Shown here: in pieces, positions 19,242 through 29,794 of the stretch
Numbering within the stretch: the first letter of the stretch is position 1
Layout of the letters: every line of letters starts with the position of its first letter
Source of the DNA: Minisyncoccia bacterium
GTDB lineage: Bacteria; Patescibacteriota; Minisyncoccia; UBA6257; JAAZHW01
NCBI GenBank assembly: GCA_041550235.1
Contig: JBFEPE010000003.1
Span: forward strand, 1,199 to 65,198
Length of the DNA stretch: 64,000 nt
Direction: 5' to 3'
The notes under the pieces: model-generated
What the model was told of the DNA's origin: nothing
Databases searched by the model: none
What the model saw: the letters and a program-made list of their open reading frames with translations, nothing else
Made by a program: the position numbers and the translations under genes

Positions 19242-19988
19242 TTATGAATTATTATTTTCTTGCCTTAATTTCTCATACAAAATAATTCCTGCTGAAACGC
19301 TCACATTTAATGAATCAATTCCTTCTTTCATCGGAATTGATATTTTCTTATCAATTTTTTCCATAATCTTAGATGAGACTCCAACATCTTCTGCTCCGAG
19401 GATAAAGGCAGATGGTCCTTTTAATGTTTCCTTAAAATAATTTTTTCCGCTCATATCAATAGCAAAGATATTTATTCCATTTTTCTTTAATTCATTTATT
19501 GATTCAAAGATGCTCATTTCAATAATGGGTATTCTCACGATTGCCCCCATAGAAATATGAACCGTCTCTTCGTTTATTATAGAATCTCTTTTTGCTTGTG
19601 TGATAATTCCATTAACCCCTACTCCACAAGCCGTTCTAAATATCGCCCCAATATTTTGAGCATATTTTACATTATTTAAAACAATAAAGAATGGGTCTTC
19701 TCCTTTCTGATAAAGATGGTCTAATAATTTATCTAATCGCCAAAAGTTTTCTGGCGAAATTATTGCTGATATATTATCAAATCCTGATGAGTTTTTTCTT
19801 TTGGGTAATTTTTTGACAGGTAATTTTTCAATTGGTATTTTTCTTTCAGATGACATTTTTATTATTTCTTTTATTTTGTCGTCTTTATTTATATGGTCGG
19901 ACATTATTATTTTTTCAAATTTTGTATTATTCTCAAGAAGCTCCAATATAGCATTTTTATTTTTTATTTTAATTGTATGTGATGGCAT
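19242..19988 (-). CDS. SpoU/TrmH family RNA methyltransferase (RlmB-like)
   Basis: QNIGAIFRTA, ILGAEDVG, IPM..GIDSLNVSVSAGI. Confidence 0.9.
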   Translation of the reverse strand: MPSHTIKIKNKNAILELLENNTKFEKIIMSDHINKDDKIKEIIKMSSERKIPIEKLPVKKLPKRKNSSGFDNISAIISPENFWRLDKLLDHLYQKGEDPFFIVLNNVKYAQNIGAIFRTACGVGVNGIITQAKRDSIINEETVHISMGAIVRIPIIEMSIFESINELKKNGINIFAIDMSGKNYFKETLKGPSAFILGAEDVGVSSKIMEKIDKKISIPMKEGIDSLNVSVSAGIILYEKLRQENNNS

Positions 19989-20142
19989 ATTTTTAATGTG
20001 GCATAAATCATAATTCATTATGCCATAAATCCCCCTTCTTTCAAAATCAAGTCTTGGTTTAATATAAAATAAGCCATCGGCTTTATTTTTTGATTTATTT
20101 TGGTAAGATATGAGTATGATTTTAATAAAATGGGTTGTTCTA

Positions 20143-20266
20143 ATTCTCTTCTCCCGCCTACGGCGGGAGAAGAGAATGTGTGGTTTTTAAATATAAGTGA
20201 TTATTCTTAATGCCTCCTACCGCCAAAGGTGGCACATCCGCCTATGGCGGAGCGGGGGAGAGGCAT
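20143..20266. repeat. GC palindromes
   Basis: ATTCTCTTCTCCCGCC-TAC-GGCGGGAGAAGAGAAT (20143-20177) and a nested hairpin at about 20210-20266. Confidence 0.85.
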
Positions 20267-20354
20267 GATGCTATACTATAATTTAAAAATACTGGCTTGT
20301 ATTTTTTTATTTTTGTATTATTATAATTAACGAATTAAATAAATTATAATCAAT

Positions 20355-20588
20355 ATGGCAGTTCCAAAGAAACATCATACAAGTAGTAGGGTGAGACGAA
20401 GAAGATCCCATCTTGCCTTAAAAAAGAGCGACTTGACTCCTTGTCCAAGGTGTCAGACTGATAAGCCATCACATCGCTATTGTCCAAGTTGCGGATTTTA
20501 TAAAGACAAAGAAGTTGTTGATGTTTTAGCATCTCTTTCTAGGAAAGAGAAGAAGGAGAGACAGAAAGAGTTAGATAGGAAGGAATAA
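20355..20588 (+). CDS. rpmF: 50S ribosomal protein L32
   Basis: MAVPKK, RRRSH, CxxC...HRYCPSCGFYK. Confidence 0.97.
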   Translation: MAVPKKHHTSSRVRRRRSHLALKKSDLTPCPRCQTDKPSHRYCPSCGFYKDKEVVDVLASLSRKEKKERQKELDRKE

Positions 20589-20598
20589 TAGAACATGC

Positions 20599-20789
20599 CT
20601 CTATACCCCCCCCGCCCTTGGCGGGGGGGGTATAGAGAAGGATTAATTTAAAATATCTATATGGCGGTTTGATTGGTTAAGTTTAATTAAAAATAGATAA
20701 AAATAATAAAATATGCCTGCATCTCTCCCCCGCCGAAGGCGGGGGAGAGATATACTAGTTTAATTAATAATAGATAAAAAAATAATAAA
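20599..20789. repeat. Two GC palindromes (20599-20637, 20721-20751); the second is flanked by a duplicated nusB leader
   Basis: AGTTTAATTAA.AATAGATAAAAA..TAATAAA at 20680-20710 and 20757-20789. Confidence 0.85.
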
Positions 20790-20796
20790 CAAAAAT

Positions 20797-21321
20797 ATGG
20801 CAACAAGACATCTTTGTAGATCAATTATTTTACAATCCCTTTATGAATGGGACTTTTACAATAATTTTTATGCTCAGAAAAAAATGGGTGATGTTAATTT
20901 AATAGATGTTTTAGACAGGCATTTAGGTGATTGCGGAGAGATGATTGATGAACCAGACTTTGCCTACCGCATCGTTAAGAATTTAGTAGATCATTTAGAA
21001 GAGGTTGATGATTTGATAAAAAAGGCGGCTCCCACTTGGCCATTTGATCAAATAAATATTGTTGATAGGAATATTTTAAGATTAGGAATTTCAGAACTTG
21101 TTTTTGGTAATCCCGAGGAGGTACCATTTAAGGTAGCAGTCAATGAAGCAGTTGAGTTGGCAAAAACATTTGGAGGAGATTCATCCGCCCGATTTATAAA
21201 TGGAGTTTTAGGAACGATATATGACCAGTTAGCAGAGGCAAGACCTGAAGTAAAGAAGCAAGAGGTAGAATTTTTGGAAGAAAAGAAAAAGAGAAAAGAA
21301 GCAGAGAAAGATGACAAATAA
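20797..21321 (+). CDS. nusB: Transcription antitermination factor NusB
   Basis: [36 protein letters not shown]. Confidence 0.96.
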   Translation: MATRHLCRSIILQSLYEWDFYNNFYAQKKMGDVNLIDVLDRHLGDCGEMIDEPDFAYRIVKNLVDHLEEVDDLIKKAAPTWPFDQINIVDRNILRLGISELVFGNPEEVPFKVAVNEAVELAKTFGGDSSARFINGVLGTIYDQLAEARPEVKKQEVEFLEEKKKRKEAEKDDK

Positions 21322-21421
21322 CTTTTTTGAGACATAACAAAATAGACTCTTTTTGGAGTTATTTTTTATTTAGTAAGACTGATTTTGGAATTAAGTTAAT
21401 AATGTTATAAGATGATATTGT

Positions 21422-22048
21422 ATGATAAAGAAGGGGTTGAAAATAAATTGGTTGGTGCTTGCTTTGGCGATAATATCTCTTATTGGTCTTATTTCAATTT
21501 CTAAATATTCAGATACAAAATATTTTCAAGGCAAGAGAGTCGCCATATTAGGCGATAGCATCACATCAGCAGAGGAAGTTTTGGTAGGTCAGAAATTTGC
21601 GAGTTTAATAGAAAAAGATTTAGGGGTAAATGTTTTTAATTTTGGAAAGAGAGGGGATACAACAAGCGATGCTCTAAGTAGGTTGAAGGATGTTGCCGAT
21701 ATTTATCCTGATGTTGTGGTGATAATATTAGGGGGAAATGACATAATAGAAGATATTCCCATCAATGAGACAAAAGAAAATTTAGAAAAAATAGTGGAAT
21801 TTTTTAAAGAAAAAGAAATGTCAATTATTATTTGTGGATTAAATAGTCAATATTTTTTTAATTATGAAAAAATGTTTAGCGGGATTGCTATCAAAAAATC
21901 AGTAAGTGCATTTGTTCCCGGATTATTAAATGATATTTTAGTAAATGTTAATTTAGCACCTGATGTCGTCCATCCAAATGGAGATGGGCATATTATTATC
22001 GCTAATCGTCTTCTGCCCCATATAAGAAAAGTGCTATTATTGGAATAA
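21422..22048 (+). CDS. GDSL/SGNH hydrolase (arylesterase-like), N-terminal membrane anchor
   Basis: GDSIT, GDTT, LGGND, DVVHPN..GH. Confidence 0.9.
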   Translation: MIKKGLKINWLVLALAIISLIGLISISKYSDTKYFQGKRVAILGDSITSAEEVLVGQKFASLIEKDLGVNVFNFGKRGDTTSDALSRLKDVADIYPDVVVIILGGNDIIEDIPINETKENLEKIVEFFKEKEMSIIICGLNSQYFFNYEKMFSGIAIKKSVSAFVPGLLNDILVNVNLAPDVVHPNGDGHIIIANRLLPHIRKVLLLE

Positions 22049-22084
22049 TTTTTTATAGAGGGTATAATATAATAAAGTATTATG

Positions 22085-22229
22085 AATCACCCCCCCCCGC
22101 CTACGGCGGGGGGGGGTGATAGAGTGGTTGGTGTTGTAATAATTTTTGAATGATGGATAAATTGCTAATCACCCCCCGCCTACGGCGGGGGGGGTGATAG
22201 AGTGGTTGGTGTTGTAATAATTTTTGAAT
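22085..22229. repeat. Tandem duplication of a palindrome plus about 30 bp tail
   Basis: 22085-22151 matches 22167-22229 apart from C/G run lengths. Confidence 0.9.
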
Positions 22230-22255
22230 AACAAAAATTGCTTTATAGAATAATT

Positions 22256-23845
22256 ATGTTTAGTTTGAATAAAAAATATATAAAAGGGGTAACACTATTA
22301 GAAACACTGATATATGTTGCTATTTTTGCTGTTGTCGCTGGTGGATTGATAGGAATCTTGTCAGGCACAATAGATGTTGTAAGCAAAGAAGATGCCATAA
22401 ACGAAGTTGATGAGAACTTAAGGCAGGCGATTTCCACAATAGGCAATAGAATAAGAAATACCGATATAATTCAAAGTGCAACAGGCACAACATTAGTTTT
22501 AAGAATGGCGACAACAAGTCCTGGTGGGTTTTCTACTACAACATTTTCTGTTTCCAACGAGATGTTATATTTAACAGAGGGGGATAATGATCCAGTCGCA
22601 GTTATTTCTGATAAGGTAAAAGTTGATAGTTTGGAATTTACAAAAATTTCAATGCCGGGGGCAAAGGGCGGAGTAAGAATAAATATGGTGCTGAGTTATA
22701 ATAGCGATAAGGCATCGCTTTCATTTAGTAAATCTATTCTTTCTACTATCAATAGAGCGGTTGCAATTACATTCAATGAGGATGTTCTGCCGGGAGTAGA
22801 TAACTCATACAATATTGGCTCGTCCGGTAATTTCAGATGGAGGGATGGATATTTTTCTGGTGGATTGAGTGTTGATGGTGGGGTAACATCATCCCAATTT
22901 TGTTTATCTGATGGTTGTCAGACATCATGGGCTGGATTAGGATTATGGACAGCAAATGGCGATGATATTTATTATAATACTGGCAATGTAGGCATTGGAA
23001 CAACAACTCCTGATTTTTTACTTCACTTAGAAAAGGCGACATCCAATCCTGCCATTGTATGGGAAAGAGGAGATGGGGCGACTGGATTTGTAAATTCTAC
23101 TGCCAGTAATGTGGGCCTTGGTTCTGTTTCCAATCACGAGATTAGATTTTTAGTTGGGGCAAGTCCAAAAATGGTTATTGATACGGATGGTAATCTCGGA
23201 ATTGGAACGACTACTCCCGCATCTTTATTGAATTTATATGGTTCAGGGGGTGGTGGTAGCGGAATTATTTTTGGAAATAGTTATGATGATTTTTCTGGAT
23301 ATTTTGTTAATAATGATGACGATAGTGATTTTAGATTAACTTATTTGGGGTCAGGAGGATCGGACATAACTATTCAGGCAGATGGGGATGTTATTTTGGG
23401 GGCGGGTGGCAATGTTGGTATTGGTGATACTACTCCCAGTGAAAAGTTGGATGTGGCAGGGAATATTGGTTTAACCGGAACGGTTATCCCTGATAATGCT
23501 TGTGGTATTACTGGGGGAGTTTTCATTTATGATGCGGGTGGTGTATCCAGTGGTTTAAATTTATCTTCTGTTTATGGATATTCAATGATTTGTCCAGGGA
23601 TTGTTACCGGCATTTCGGCTAGATGTCAAACAGTAGATGCCTCTAACCATGTTGCTTTTGAAGTAAAGAAAAATAATTCTTCTCAAGATTGTGATACATT
23701 AGAAGTAGATACGGCCTATATTAGCGAAATAACATCTGGATGCAGTGTGAGTTTTTCAGCCGGAGATGCTATTAATTGTGCCGCTAAAACTGTAACAGGC
23801 ACAGTATCAACATGTAATTGTTCAATTTCAGTAAGATTTGATTAG
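22256..23845 (+). CDS. Type IV pilin-like protein fused to tail-fibre-like repeat domain
   Basis: Prepilin motif KG|VTLLETLIYVAI; repeats GNVGIGTTTP, GNLGIGTTTP, GNVGIGDTTP; Cys-rich C-terminus. Confidence 0.85.
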   Translation: MFSLNKKYIKGVTLLETLIYVAIFAVVAGGLIGILSGTIDVVSKEDAINEVDENLRQAISTIGNRIRNTDIIQSATGTTLVLRMATTSPGGFSTTTFSVSNEMLYLTEGDNDPVAVISDKVKVDSLEFTKISMPGAKGGVRINMVLSYNSDKASLSFSKSILSTINRAVAITFNEDVLPGVDNSYNIGSSGNFRWRDGYFSGGLSVDGGVTSSQFCLSDGCQTSWAGLGLWTANGDDIYYNTGNVGIGTTTPDFLLHLEKATSNPAIVWERGDGATGFVNSTASNVGLGSVSNHEIRFLVGASPKMVIDTDGNLGIGTTTPASLLNLYGSGGGGSGIIFGNSYDDFSGYFVNNDDDSDFRLTYLGSGGSDITIQADGDVILGAGGNVGIGDTTPSEKLDVAGNIGLTGTVIPDNACGITGGVFIYDAGGVSSGLNLSSVYGYSMICPGIVTGISARCQTVDASNHVAFEVKKNNSSQDCDTLEVDTAYISEITSGCSVSFSAGDAINCAAKTVTGTVSTCNCSISVRFD

Positions 23846-23864
23846 GGGTTGAAAAAAGAATTTT

Positions 23865-25331
23865 ATGATAATAAAAACAAGAAAAAAAATATTTTGGGTA
23901 TTATTTGCCTCATTTATATTGGTGGGTGGTTTTTTGGTAATGCATTCATTTGGGTATCGATTAAATGCCAAAGAATTAGAATTTGTTCAAACAGGTGGTC
24001 TTTATTTAGAGACAACACCAAGAATAACGGATATATATTTGGATGGGGAAATAATAAAAGAAAAGTCTGGATTTTTAAATAGCGGAATATTTTTATCAGG
24101 ATTAATTCCAAAAAACTATGAAATAAATATATCAAAAGATAAATATTTTCTTTGGAAAAAGAATTTAGAAATAAAACCAAGTTTAGTGAGTGGTTTAAGT
24201 CATGTAGTGATTCTACCCAAAGAAGTAAATAAAGATCTATTTTATGAGGCGGGCGATAATGAAAAAATTTTTGACTTTATTAAATTAAATAATGATTTAT
24301 TTGGATTGGAAATTATATCAAAAGAAAATGGTCTTTCTTGGCAGATATTAAAAATTATTGATTCAAATGGCGAGCAACAAGAATTATTCAGGAAAAGATT
24401 TTTTAGTTCAAAGCAGATGGGATTATTAAAGAATCTGTCTTTTAATAATAATAATTCTCAAGTAATAATTTCTTTAACTGATTTAGGAAAAAATAAATTC
24501 TATATTTGGAGCAAAAGCGATTCGGAAGATTTGATTTATTTCAACGATGTTTTAGTAAAGTATTTTCCTTCAGAAATAAAGAAGATAGATTTTCATCCAT
24601 TTAATAAAGGTCAATTTATTATTCAATCAGAAAATCGATTAGCGATTTTTGATTTAAATAAAAAAGAAGTTTCTTATCTTTCGGCCGAAAAATTAGTTGA
24701 TGCAAAAATTTCTAATTCTCATATTTTTTGGGTAGAAAATTTAGGATTAGTTTATTCATATAATTTAATATCAAAAAACACCTCGTTTTTAGGAGAAATA
24801 GAGGAGGGAAATTTAGAGGGAAGGATAAGCATTTTAAATTCTTCCAATTCGCAGTATTTAGCAATGCTTTTGAATGATGGAATGCTTGTTTTGTTCTCTG
24901 ATGACAAGGTCAAATTTATTAGCGATAGAGTTATTGATTTTAAGTTTTCTCCTGATAATAAAAAGTTGGCATATATGATGGAGGGGGTAGATGGAAAAAT
25001 AGATTTATTAGTTTATTTCTTAAAAGAAATCACATCTGATATTGAGAAGGAGCCCGGCGATGAGTCTGTTTTTAATCTGAATTATTTAAAAAATGATGAT
25101 TTGAGATTTGTTTGGTTTGATGATTCTTATCATTTGATTTTTGCCAATTCCGATGGACTCACCCAATTTTTAGAAATTGATGATAGGGATAATGTCAATA
25201 TCTTTAATTATCAGTTTGAAAGTGGAGGTTTTGTTTTGAACGGCGACGGAGATATATTCAGGGTCAATGCTGATTTAGTGGAGGATATTAATTTATTAGT
25301 GCCGAATATAGACAAAGATGTTGATGAATAA
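23865..25331 (+). CDS. Membrane-anchored PEGA-like / beta-propeller hypothetical protein
   Basis: TM, then GYR...QTGGLYLETTP...IYLDG...Y.I.ISKDKY..WKK; FSPDNKKLAY. Confidence 0.7.
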   Translation: MIIKTRKKIFWVLFASFILVGGFLVMHSFGYRLNAKELEFVQTGGLYLETTPRITDIYLDGEIIKEKSGFLNSGIFLSGLIPKNYEINISKDKYFLWKKNLEIKPSLVSGLSHVVILPKEVNKDLFYEAGDNEKIFDFIKLNNDLFGLEIISKENGLSWQILKIIDSNGEQQELFRKRFFSSKQMGLLKNLSFNNNNSQVIISLTDLGKNKFYIWSKSDSEDLIYFNDVLVKYFPSEIKKIDFHPFNKGQFIIQSENRLAIFDLNKKEVSYLSAEKLVDAKISNSHIFWVENLGLVYSYNLISKNTSFLGEIEEGNLEGRISILNSSNSQYLAMLLNDGMLVLFSDDKVKFISDRVIDFKFSPDNKKLAYMMEGVDGKIDLLVYFLKEITSDIEKEPGDESVFNLNYLKNDDLRFVWFDDSYHLIFANSDGLTQFLEIDDRDNVNIFNYQFESGGFVLNGDGDIFRVNADLVEDINLLVPNIDKDVDE

Positions 25332-25342
25332 AAATAATCACT

Positions 25343-27040
25343 ATGATTCAATTTGGAGAAGATAATAATAAAAAAAAAGAAATCAGCAAGCAATTGACAG
25401 ATATATCATTAGCCGCTCAGGAAAGAGAGGCGATGAGTTTGTCTAAAAAACTCGGCTTAGAATACCAAAATTTAACAACTGTTCCACCCCAAACTCAAGC
25501 AATTAAGTTATTAACAGAAGAAGAGGCAAGGGCTGCTTTGTGTGTCGCCTTTATTTTAAAAGGAAAAATTGTCGGATTAGCATGTAATAACCCTCAAATT
25601 TTAAATGCAAGAAAAGTGATAGAAAGACTGAAAAATATGGGGCATCAAGTGAAAATATTTATCGTTTCAAAAAATTCTTTATTAGAAGCATGGAAAAGTT
25701 ATAAATTAATAGGAGCGGACCAGAAAAAAATAACAGGAAAAATAGATGTATCAGAAAAAACAATTGAGGATCTTAGAAAAAAAATATCAAATTTAAAAGA
25801 TTTAAAAAAAGAGGTTTCTGAATTTAGTAGTCCTTTTGCATCACAACTTTTAGAAATTCTTTTGGCGGGAGCATTGATAATTGATGCTTCTGATATTCAT
25901 ATGGAAGCCGGGGAAACAATTTCTAAAATAAGATATAGGATTGATGGGGCATTGCATGATATTTCAGATGTTTCTCCAAAACTATATAATCCAGTTGTTT
26001 CAAGGGTTAAGCTTTTGGGTGGAATGAAAATAAATGTGAAGTCAGAAGCACAAGATGGAAGATTTACTATAAGGGCAGAGGGAATGAATATTGAAATTAG
26101 GGTGTCTATAATTCCAAGTTCTTATGGGGAAACCGTTGTGATGAGGGTTTTGAATCCCAAGAGCATTAAATTGGAATTAGAAAGTTTGGGCTTTAGGCCT
26201 GACGACTTAGAAATAATCAATAATCAAATTTCTCGCCCAAATGGAATTATTCTAAACACTGGCCCGACTGGGTCGGGTAAGACGACTACACTTTATGCTT
26301 TTTTAAGAAGAATATATCGTCCTGAAATAAAAATTATCACAGTTGAAGACCCTGTTGAATACCATCTTGAAGGAATTACTCAAACTCAAGTAAGCAAAGA
26401 CAAAGATTATACTTTTGCTAATGGACTTAGATCTATTTTGAGGCAAGATCCCGATGTTATTTTAGTAGGAGAAATTAGAGATGGGGAAACAGCGAGCATC
26501 GCAATGCAAGCATCATTGACCGGTCATCTCGTTTTATCTACTCTTCATACAAATTCTGCAGCCGGTGCCTTACCTCGCCTCTTGGATTTAGATGTTGAGC
26601 CGGGTATTTTGTCATCAGCTCTTAATTTGGTTATCGCCCAGCGACTTGTCCGCCGACTTTGTAAATATTGTCGAAAAGAAATCCTTTTAAATGCTGACCA
26701 ATCAGAAAAGATAAAAAAGATAGTGAATGATTTGCCTTCTCGGGTCAAGAAGCCATCTCTTGATAATAGCATAAAGATTTTTGCCCCTAATGATGGCGGT
26801 TGTGAGAAATGTAATTTTATGGGATATAGAGGGAGGGTTGCGATTATTGAACTTTTGGAAATTGATAGGGATTTACAGCAGGCAGTAAGCAGAAGAGGAA
26901 AGGAGATGACTGTTTTAGAGTTTCGTGATTTGGCGGTTCAGCAGGGTATGGTTGAGATGTTGGGTGATGGTGTATTAAAGATTTTGAGTGGGATGACTAG
27001 TGTAAATGAGGTGGAATTTGCCCTCGGCAAATTTTTGTAA
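25343..27040 (+). CDS. GspE/PilB family ATPase
   Basis: ASDIH, QDGRF, TGPTGSGKTTTLY, EDPVEY, LRQDPD, GEIRD, LSTLHTN, CxxC pairs. Confidence 0.95.
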   Translation: MIQFGEDNNKKKEISKQLTDISLAAQEREAMSLSKKLGLEYQNLTTVPPQTQAIKLLTEEEARAALCVAFILKGKIVGLACNNPQILNARKVIERLKNMGHQVKIFIVSKNSLLEAWKSYKLIGADQKKITGKIDVSEKTIEDLRKKISNLKDLKKEVSEFSSPFASQLLEILLAGALIIDASDIHMEAGETISKIRYRIDGALHDISDVSPKLYNPVVSRVKLLGGMKINVKSEAQDGRFTIRAEGMNIEIRVSIIPSSYGETVVMRVLNPKSIKLELESLGFRPDDLEIINNQISRPNGIILNTGPTGSGKTTTLYAFLRRIYRPEIKIITVEDPVEYHLEGITQTQVSKDKDYTFANGLRSILRQDPDVILVGEIRDGETASIAMQASLTGHLVLSTLHTNSAAGALPRLLDLDVEPGILSSALNLVIAQRLVRRLCKYCRKEILLNADQSEKIKKIVNDLPSRVKKPSLDNSIKIFAPNDGGCEKCNFMGYRGRVAIIELLEIDRDLQQAVSRRGKEMTVLEFRDLAVQQGMVEMLGDGVLKILSGMTSVNEVEFALGKFL

Positions 27041-27067
27041 AAAATATAATATAATTATAATATAAAT

Positions 27068-27487
27068 ATGATTGAATTTTCTAAAGAAAAATTGAATAGT
27101 ATTGCCGAGGAATATCAATTAGCAGATATATACTTTTTTGGTTCTCAAATAACCGGATTAACTCATCCCGAAAGTGATTTTGATGTAGCAGTTCGCTTTA
27201 GAAATGGCTTGCCTGAGAAAGAAAAAAGAGGAAAAATATATGCCAATCTTTTCGCTGATTTAAGCGGCACCTTGAAAATGTCTAATTTGGATTTAGTGTT
27301 CATAGAAGAAGCACCTTTGCATATTCAATTTCAAATTATCAATAAGGGTAAATTAGTTTATTCTCATCACAGAATAAATTCTTGTGATTTTCAAGAAAAA
27401 ATAGTAAATTATTATCGTGATTATAAGTATTTCATTGATGAGTTTTTTAAAGGCGTTTTAGAATCTTCCGTGAAAAATAAGAAATAA
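27068..27487 (+). CDS. Minimal nucleotidyltransferase (MntA-type antitoxin)
   Basis: FGSQ..G...PESDFDVAV, DLVFIEEAP. Confidence 0.88.
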   Translation: MIEFSKEKLNSIAEEYQLADIYFFGSQITGLTHPESDFDVAVRFRNGLPEKEKRGKIYANLFADLSGTLKMSNLDLVFIEEAPLHIQFQIINKGKLVYSHHRINSCDFQEKIVNYYRDYKYFIDEFFKGVLESSVKNKK

Positions 27488-27505
27488 TAAATAATTTTAT
27501 TTAAT

Positions 27506-27946
27506 ATGTTTAATGATTTTGACAAAGAAAAAATAATAGCAAGAATTGATGATATTAAAAATTCTCATTCAGAACTCAAAAGACTTTCAGGTATTAGCAT
27601 TGATGACTTTAGAAAAAACAAAGAAAATTATCCTTTGGCTATTTATTATTTAAGAATAGCATTAGAATCAGTGCTAACTATTGCCACTCATGTTCTTTCT
27701 CGATTGCCCTCTAATGGGAAAGAAAAAGATTATACTCAATTAATCTTATCATTGGCTGATTATAAGGTTATTCCTTATGAATTTGCTCAAAAAATAAAGG
27801 GGATGGCTGGATATAGAAATAGATTAGTTCATCTCTACTGGAAAATATCGGATGAGGAAGTATTGTCTATTATTAAGGAAAATATAAATGATTTTGAGGA
27901 ATTTATTGAATATGTAAATGAATTTTTAAGAAAGAACAGCAACTAA
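27506..27946 (+). CDS. HEPN/DUF86 (HepT-type) toxin
   Basis: GMAGYRNRLVHLY (RxxxxH-Y). Confidence 0.9.
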   Translation: MFNDFDKEKIIARIDDIKNSHSELKRLSGISIDDFRKNKENYPLAIYYLRIALESVLTIATHVLSRLPSNGKEKDYTQLILSLADYKVIPYEFAQKIKGMAGYRNRLVHLYWKISDEEVLSIIKENINDFEEFIEYVNEFLRKNSN

Positions 27947-28026
27947 TATAAATTGCCAATTCAAATTTGACAAATTGATTTTTTGATGATTATATATTGA
28001 TAGGATACGAAAAAGGAGGTTTAAAA

Positions 28027-28539
28027 ATGAAGTTAAAAAATTTGATTTTAGCGATGGTATTGGTGGCAATCTTTCTCTCATCATCTTCGCTCTTTTGCCA
28101 AGAAGAGGAATTTATCATAGGATTTTTTGTTGGAGATGAACTCAATGATGTAGGGACTGATTTATCAGAAAAAATAGAGAGATGCATCAATAAAATTATA
28201 CAAGAGAGTGCTAATAAGAAAGGAGAAATCAATGATGATGCCGTTAATAATATCGTTGATAAGATTGTTAATCTGTTCGAAGAAATTTTTGGGTCAGGAG
28301 ACTTCACAAAAGGAGAATTATACAAATCTCTTTCCGAAGACTTAAGGAAAATTTACAAATTTGCCAAAGAATTTAAAAATAAAAATGGAGATGTAGGCGA
28401 AGAGGAGATTGGTGATTTTACTCAGTTAATAAATAACTTGAGACCCCTTTCGCCACTAGAAATAATCTTGATATTTTTTGTTTTGATTATTTGCTTTCTT
28501 GCTTTTATTTGTTTTATGTGCTTCCTCCTACTTAGATAA
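28027..28539 (+). CDS. Hypothetical exported protein with C-terminal TM (solo unit)
   Basis: TTGACA promoter near 27967, SD AGGAGG, signal peptide, C-terminal hydrophobic segment. Confidence 0.7.
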   Translation: MKLKNLILAMVLVAIFLSSSSLFCQEEEFIIGFFVGDELNDVGTDLSEKIERCINKIIQESANKKGEINDDAVNNIVDKIVNLFEEIFGSGDFTKGELYKSLSEDLRKIYKFAKEFKNKNGDVGEEEIGDFTQLINNLRPLSPLEIILIFFVLIICFLAFICFMCFLLLR

Positions 28540-28745
28540 CAAACTATTTGGTTGGTTAAGGATTGTATTGTCAAAAATATAATCCGCCAGCCATTTTTTA
28601 TTGATAGAAAAAATAGATTTTATGGAAAAAAAGTGATAGAATGGGAAGTGATAATTTAGATTAAGACATACCCCTCCCCCCGACTTCGTCGGGGGGAGGG
28701 GTATAAAAAATTATTTCATAATATAAATTAAAAATTAACAATAAC

Positions 28746-29684
28746 ATGGATAATAATAAAAAAATATATGATTTGATAATATTGGGGGCGGGACCTGCTG
28801 GGGTGGCTGCTGGAGTTTATGCTGGCAGAAAAAAAATAAATTCCGCAATTATCACAGATAGTTTTGGCGGACAGGCAGTCGTTGCAGCGAAAATTGATAA
28901 TATTCCCGGACACCCATTCTCAATATCAGGAGCACAAATGGCAAGCAATTTTAAGAGCCAATTAGAAAATAGCGGGACAGAAATAATATTAGATAGAATA
29001 TCATTAGTTGAGAAGAATGATGATAGATTTAATATAAAGGCAGAGAGTGGTAAAAATTATTTAACAAAAACAATATTAGTATGTTTGGGCAGTAAATATA
29101 AAGATTTGAAAATACCCGGGGAAGAGAAATTTAAGGGGAGGGGAATCGCCTACTGCTCAACTTGTGATGCTCCTTTGTTTTCCGGAAAAGATGTTGCTGT
29201 TGTGGGAGGAGGAAATACTGCTTTCAATAGTGCAATTGATTTATTGCCTTATGCTAATAAGATATATATTCTTATAAAAAATAATAAGCCAATAGCGGAT
29301 AAGGTTTCTGTTGAGGAAATAAAGAAAGAGGATAAGGTGGAAATAATTTTTGAAGCGGATGCGAAAGAGATTATTGGAGATGAATTAGTTTCGGGCATAA
29401 AGTACTTTGATAAAAAATATGACAAAGAGAAAGAGTTGGCGGTTGGTGGGGTTTTTGTAAATATTGGGATGGACCCCAAGACTGCTCCGATAAGTGATTT
29501 AGTTAAGATAAATGAGATGGGGCAAATTGAGACGATATCAGTTACAGGCAGAACATCTCAAGAAGGAATTTGGGCAGCTGGCGATATCACTGACCTTCCT
29601 TCAAATCAAATCATAACAGCAATGGGCGATGGAGTGAGAGCCGTCTTAGATATTTATGATTATTTAAGAAAGAGTAGTGATTAG
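28746..29684 (+). CDS. trxB: Thioredoxin reductase family
   Basis: GAGPAG, YCSTCD, VVGGGN, AAGD. Confidence 0.9.
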   Translation: MDNNKKIYDLIILGAGPAGVAAGVYAGRKKINSAIITDSFGGQAVVAAKIDNIPGHPFSISGAQMASNFKSQLENSGTEIILDRISLVEKNDDRFNIKAESGKNYLTKTILVCLGSKYKDLKIPGEEKFKGRGIAYCSTCDAPLFSGKDVAVVGGGNTAFNSAIDLLPYANKIYILIKNNKPIADKVSVEEIKKEDKVEIIFEADAKEIIGDELVSGIKYFDKKYDKEKELAVGGVFVNIGMDPKTAPISDLVKINEMGQIETISVTGRTSQEGIWAAGDITDLPSNQIITAMGDGVRAVLDIYDYLRKSSD

Positions 29685-29794
29685 TTTTTCAAAAGAAATG
29701 CTTCGTTCCATCTATGTTTAAATTGCGAAGCGATTTTTTATACGGCCGATATTAAATTTGTCAAAATTAAATAATAGTATTATTATATAGATAT

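Noticed and set aside
22256-23845. Diversity-generating retroelement target
   Set aside because: No reverse transcriptase and no template/variable repeat pair seen in the window
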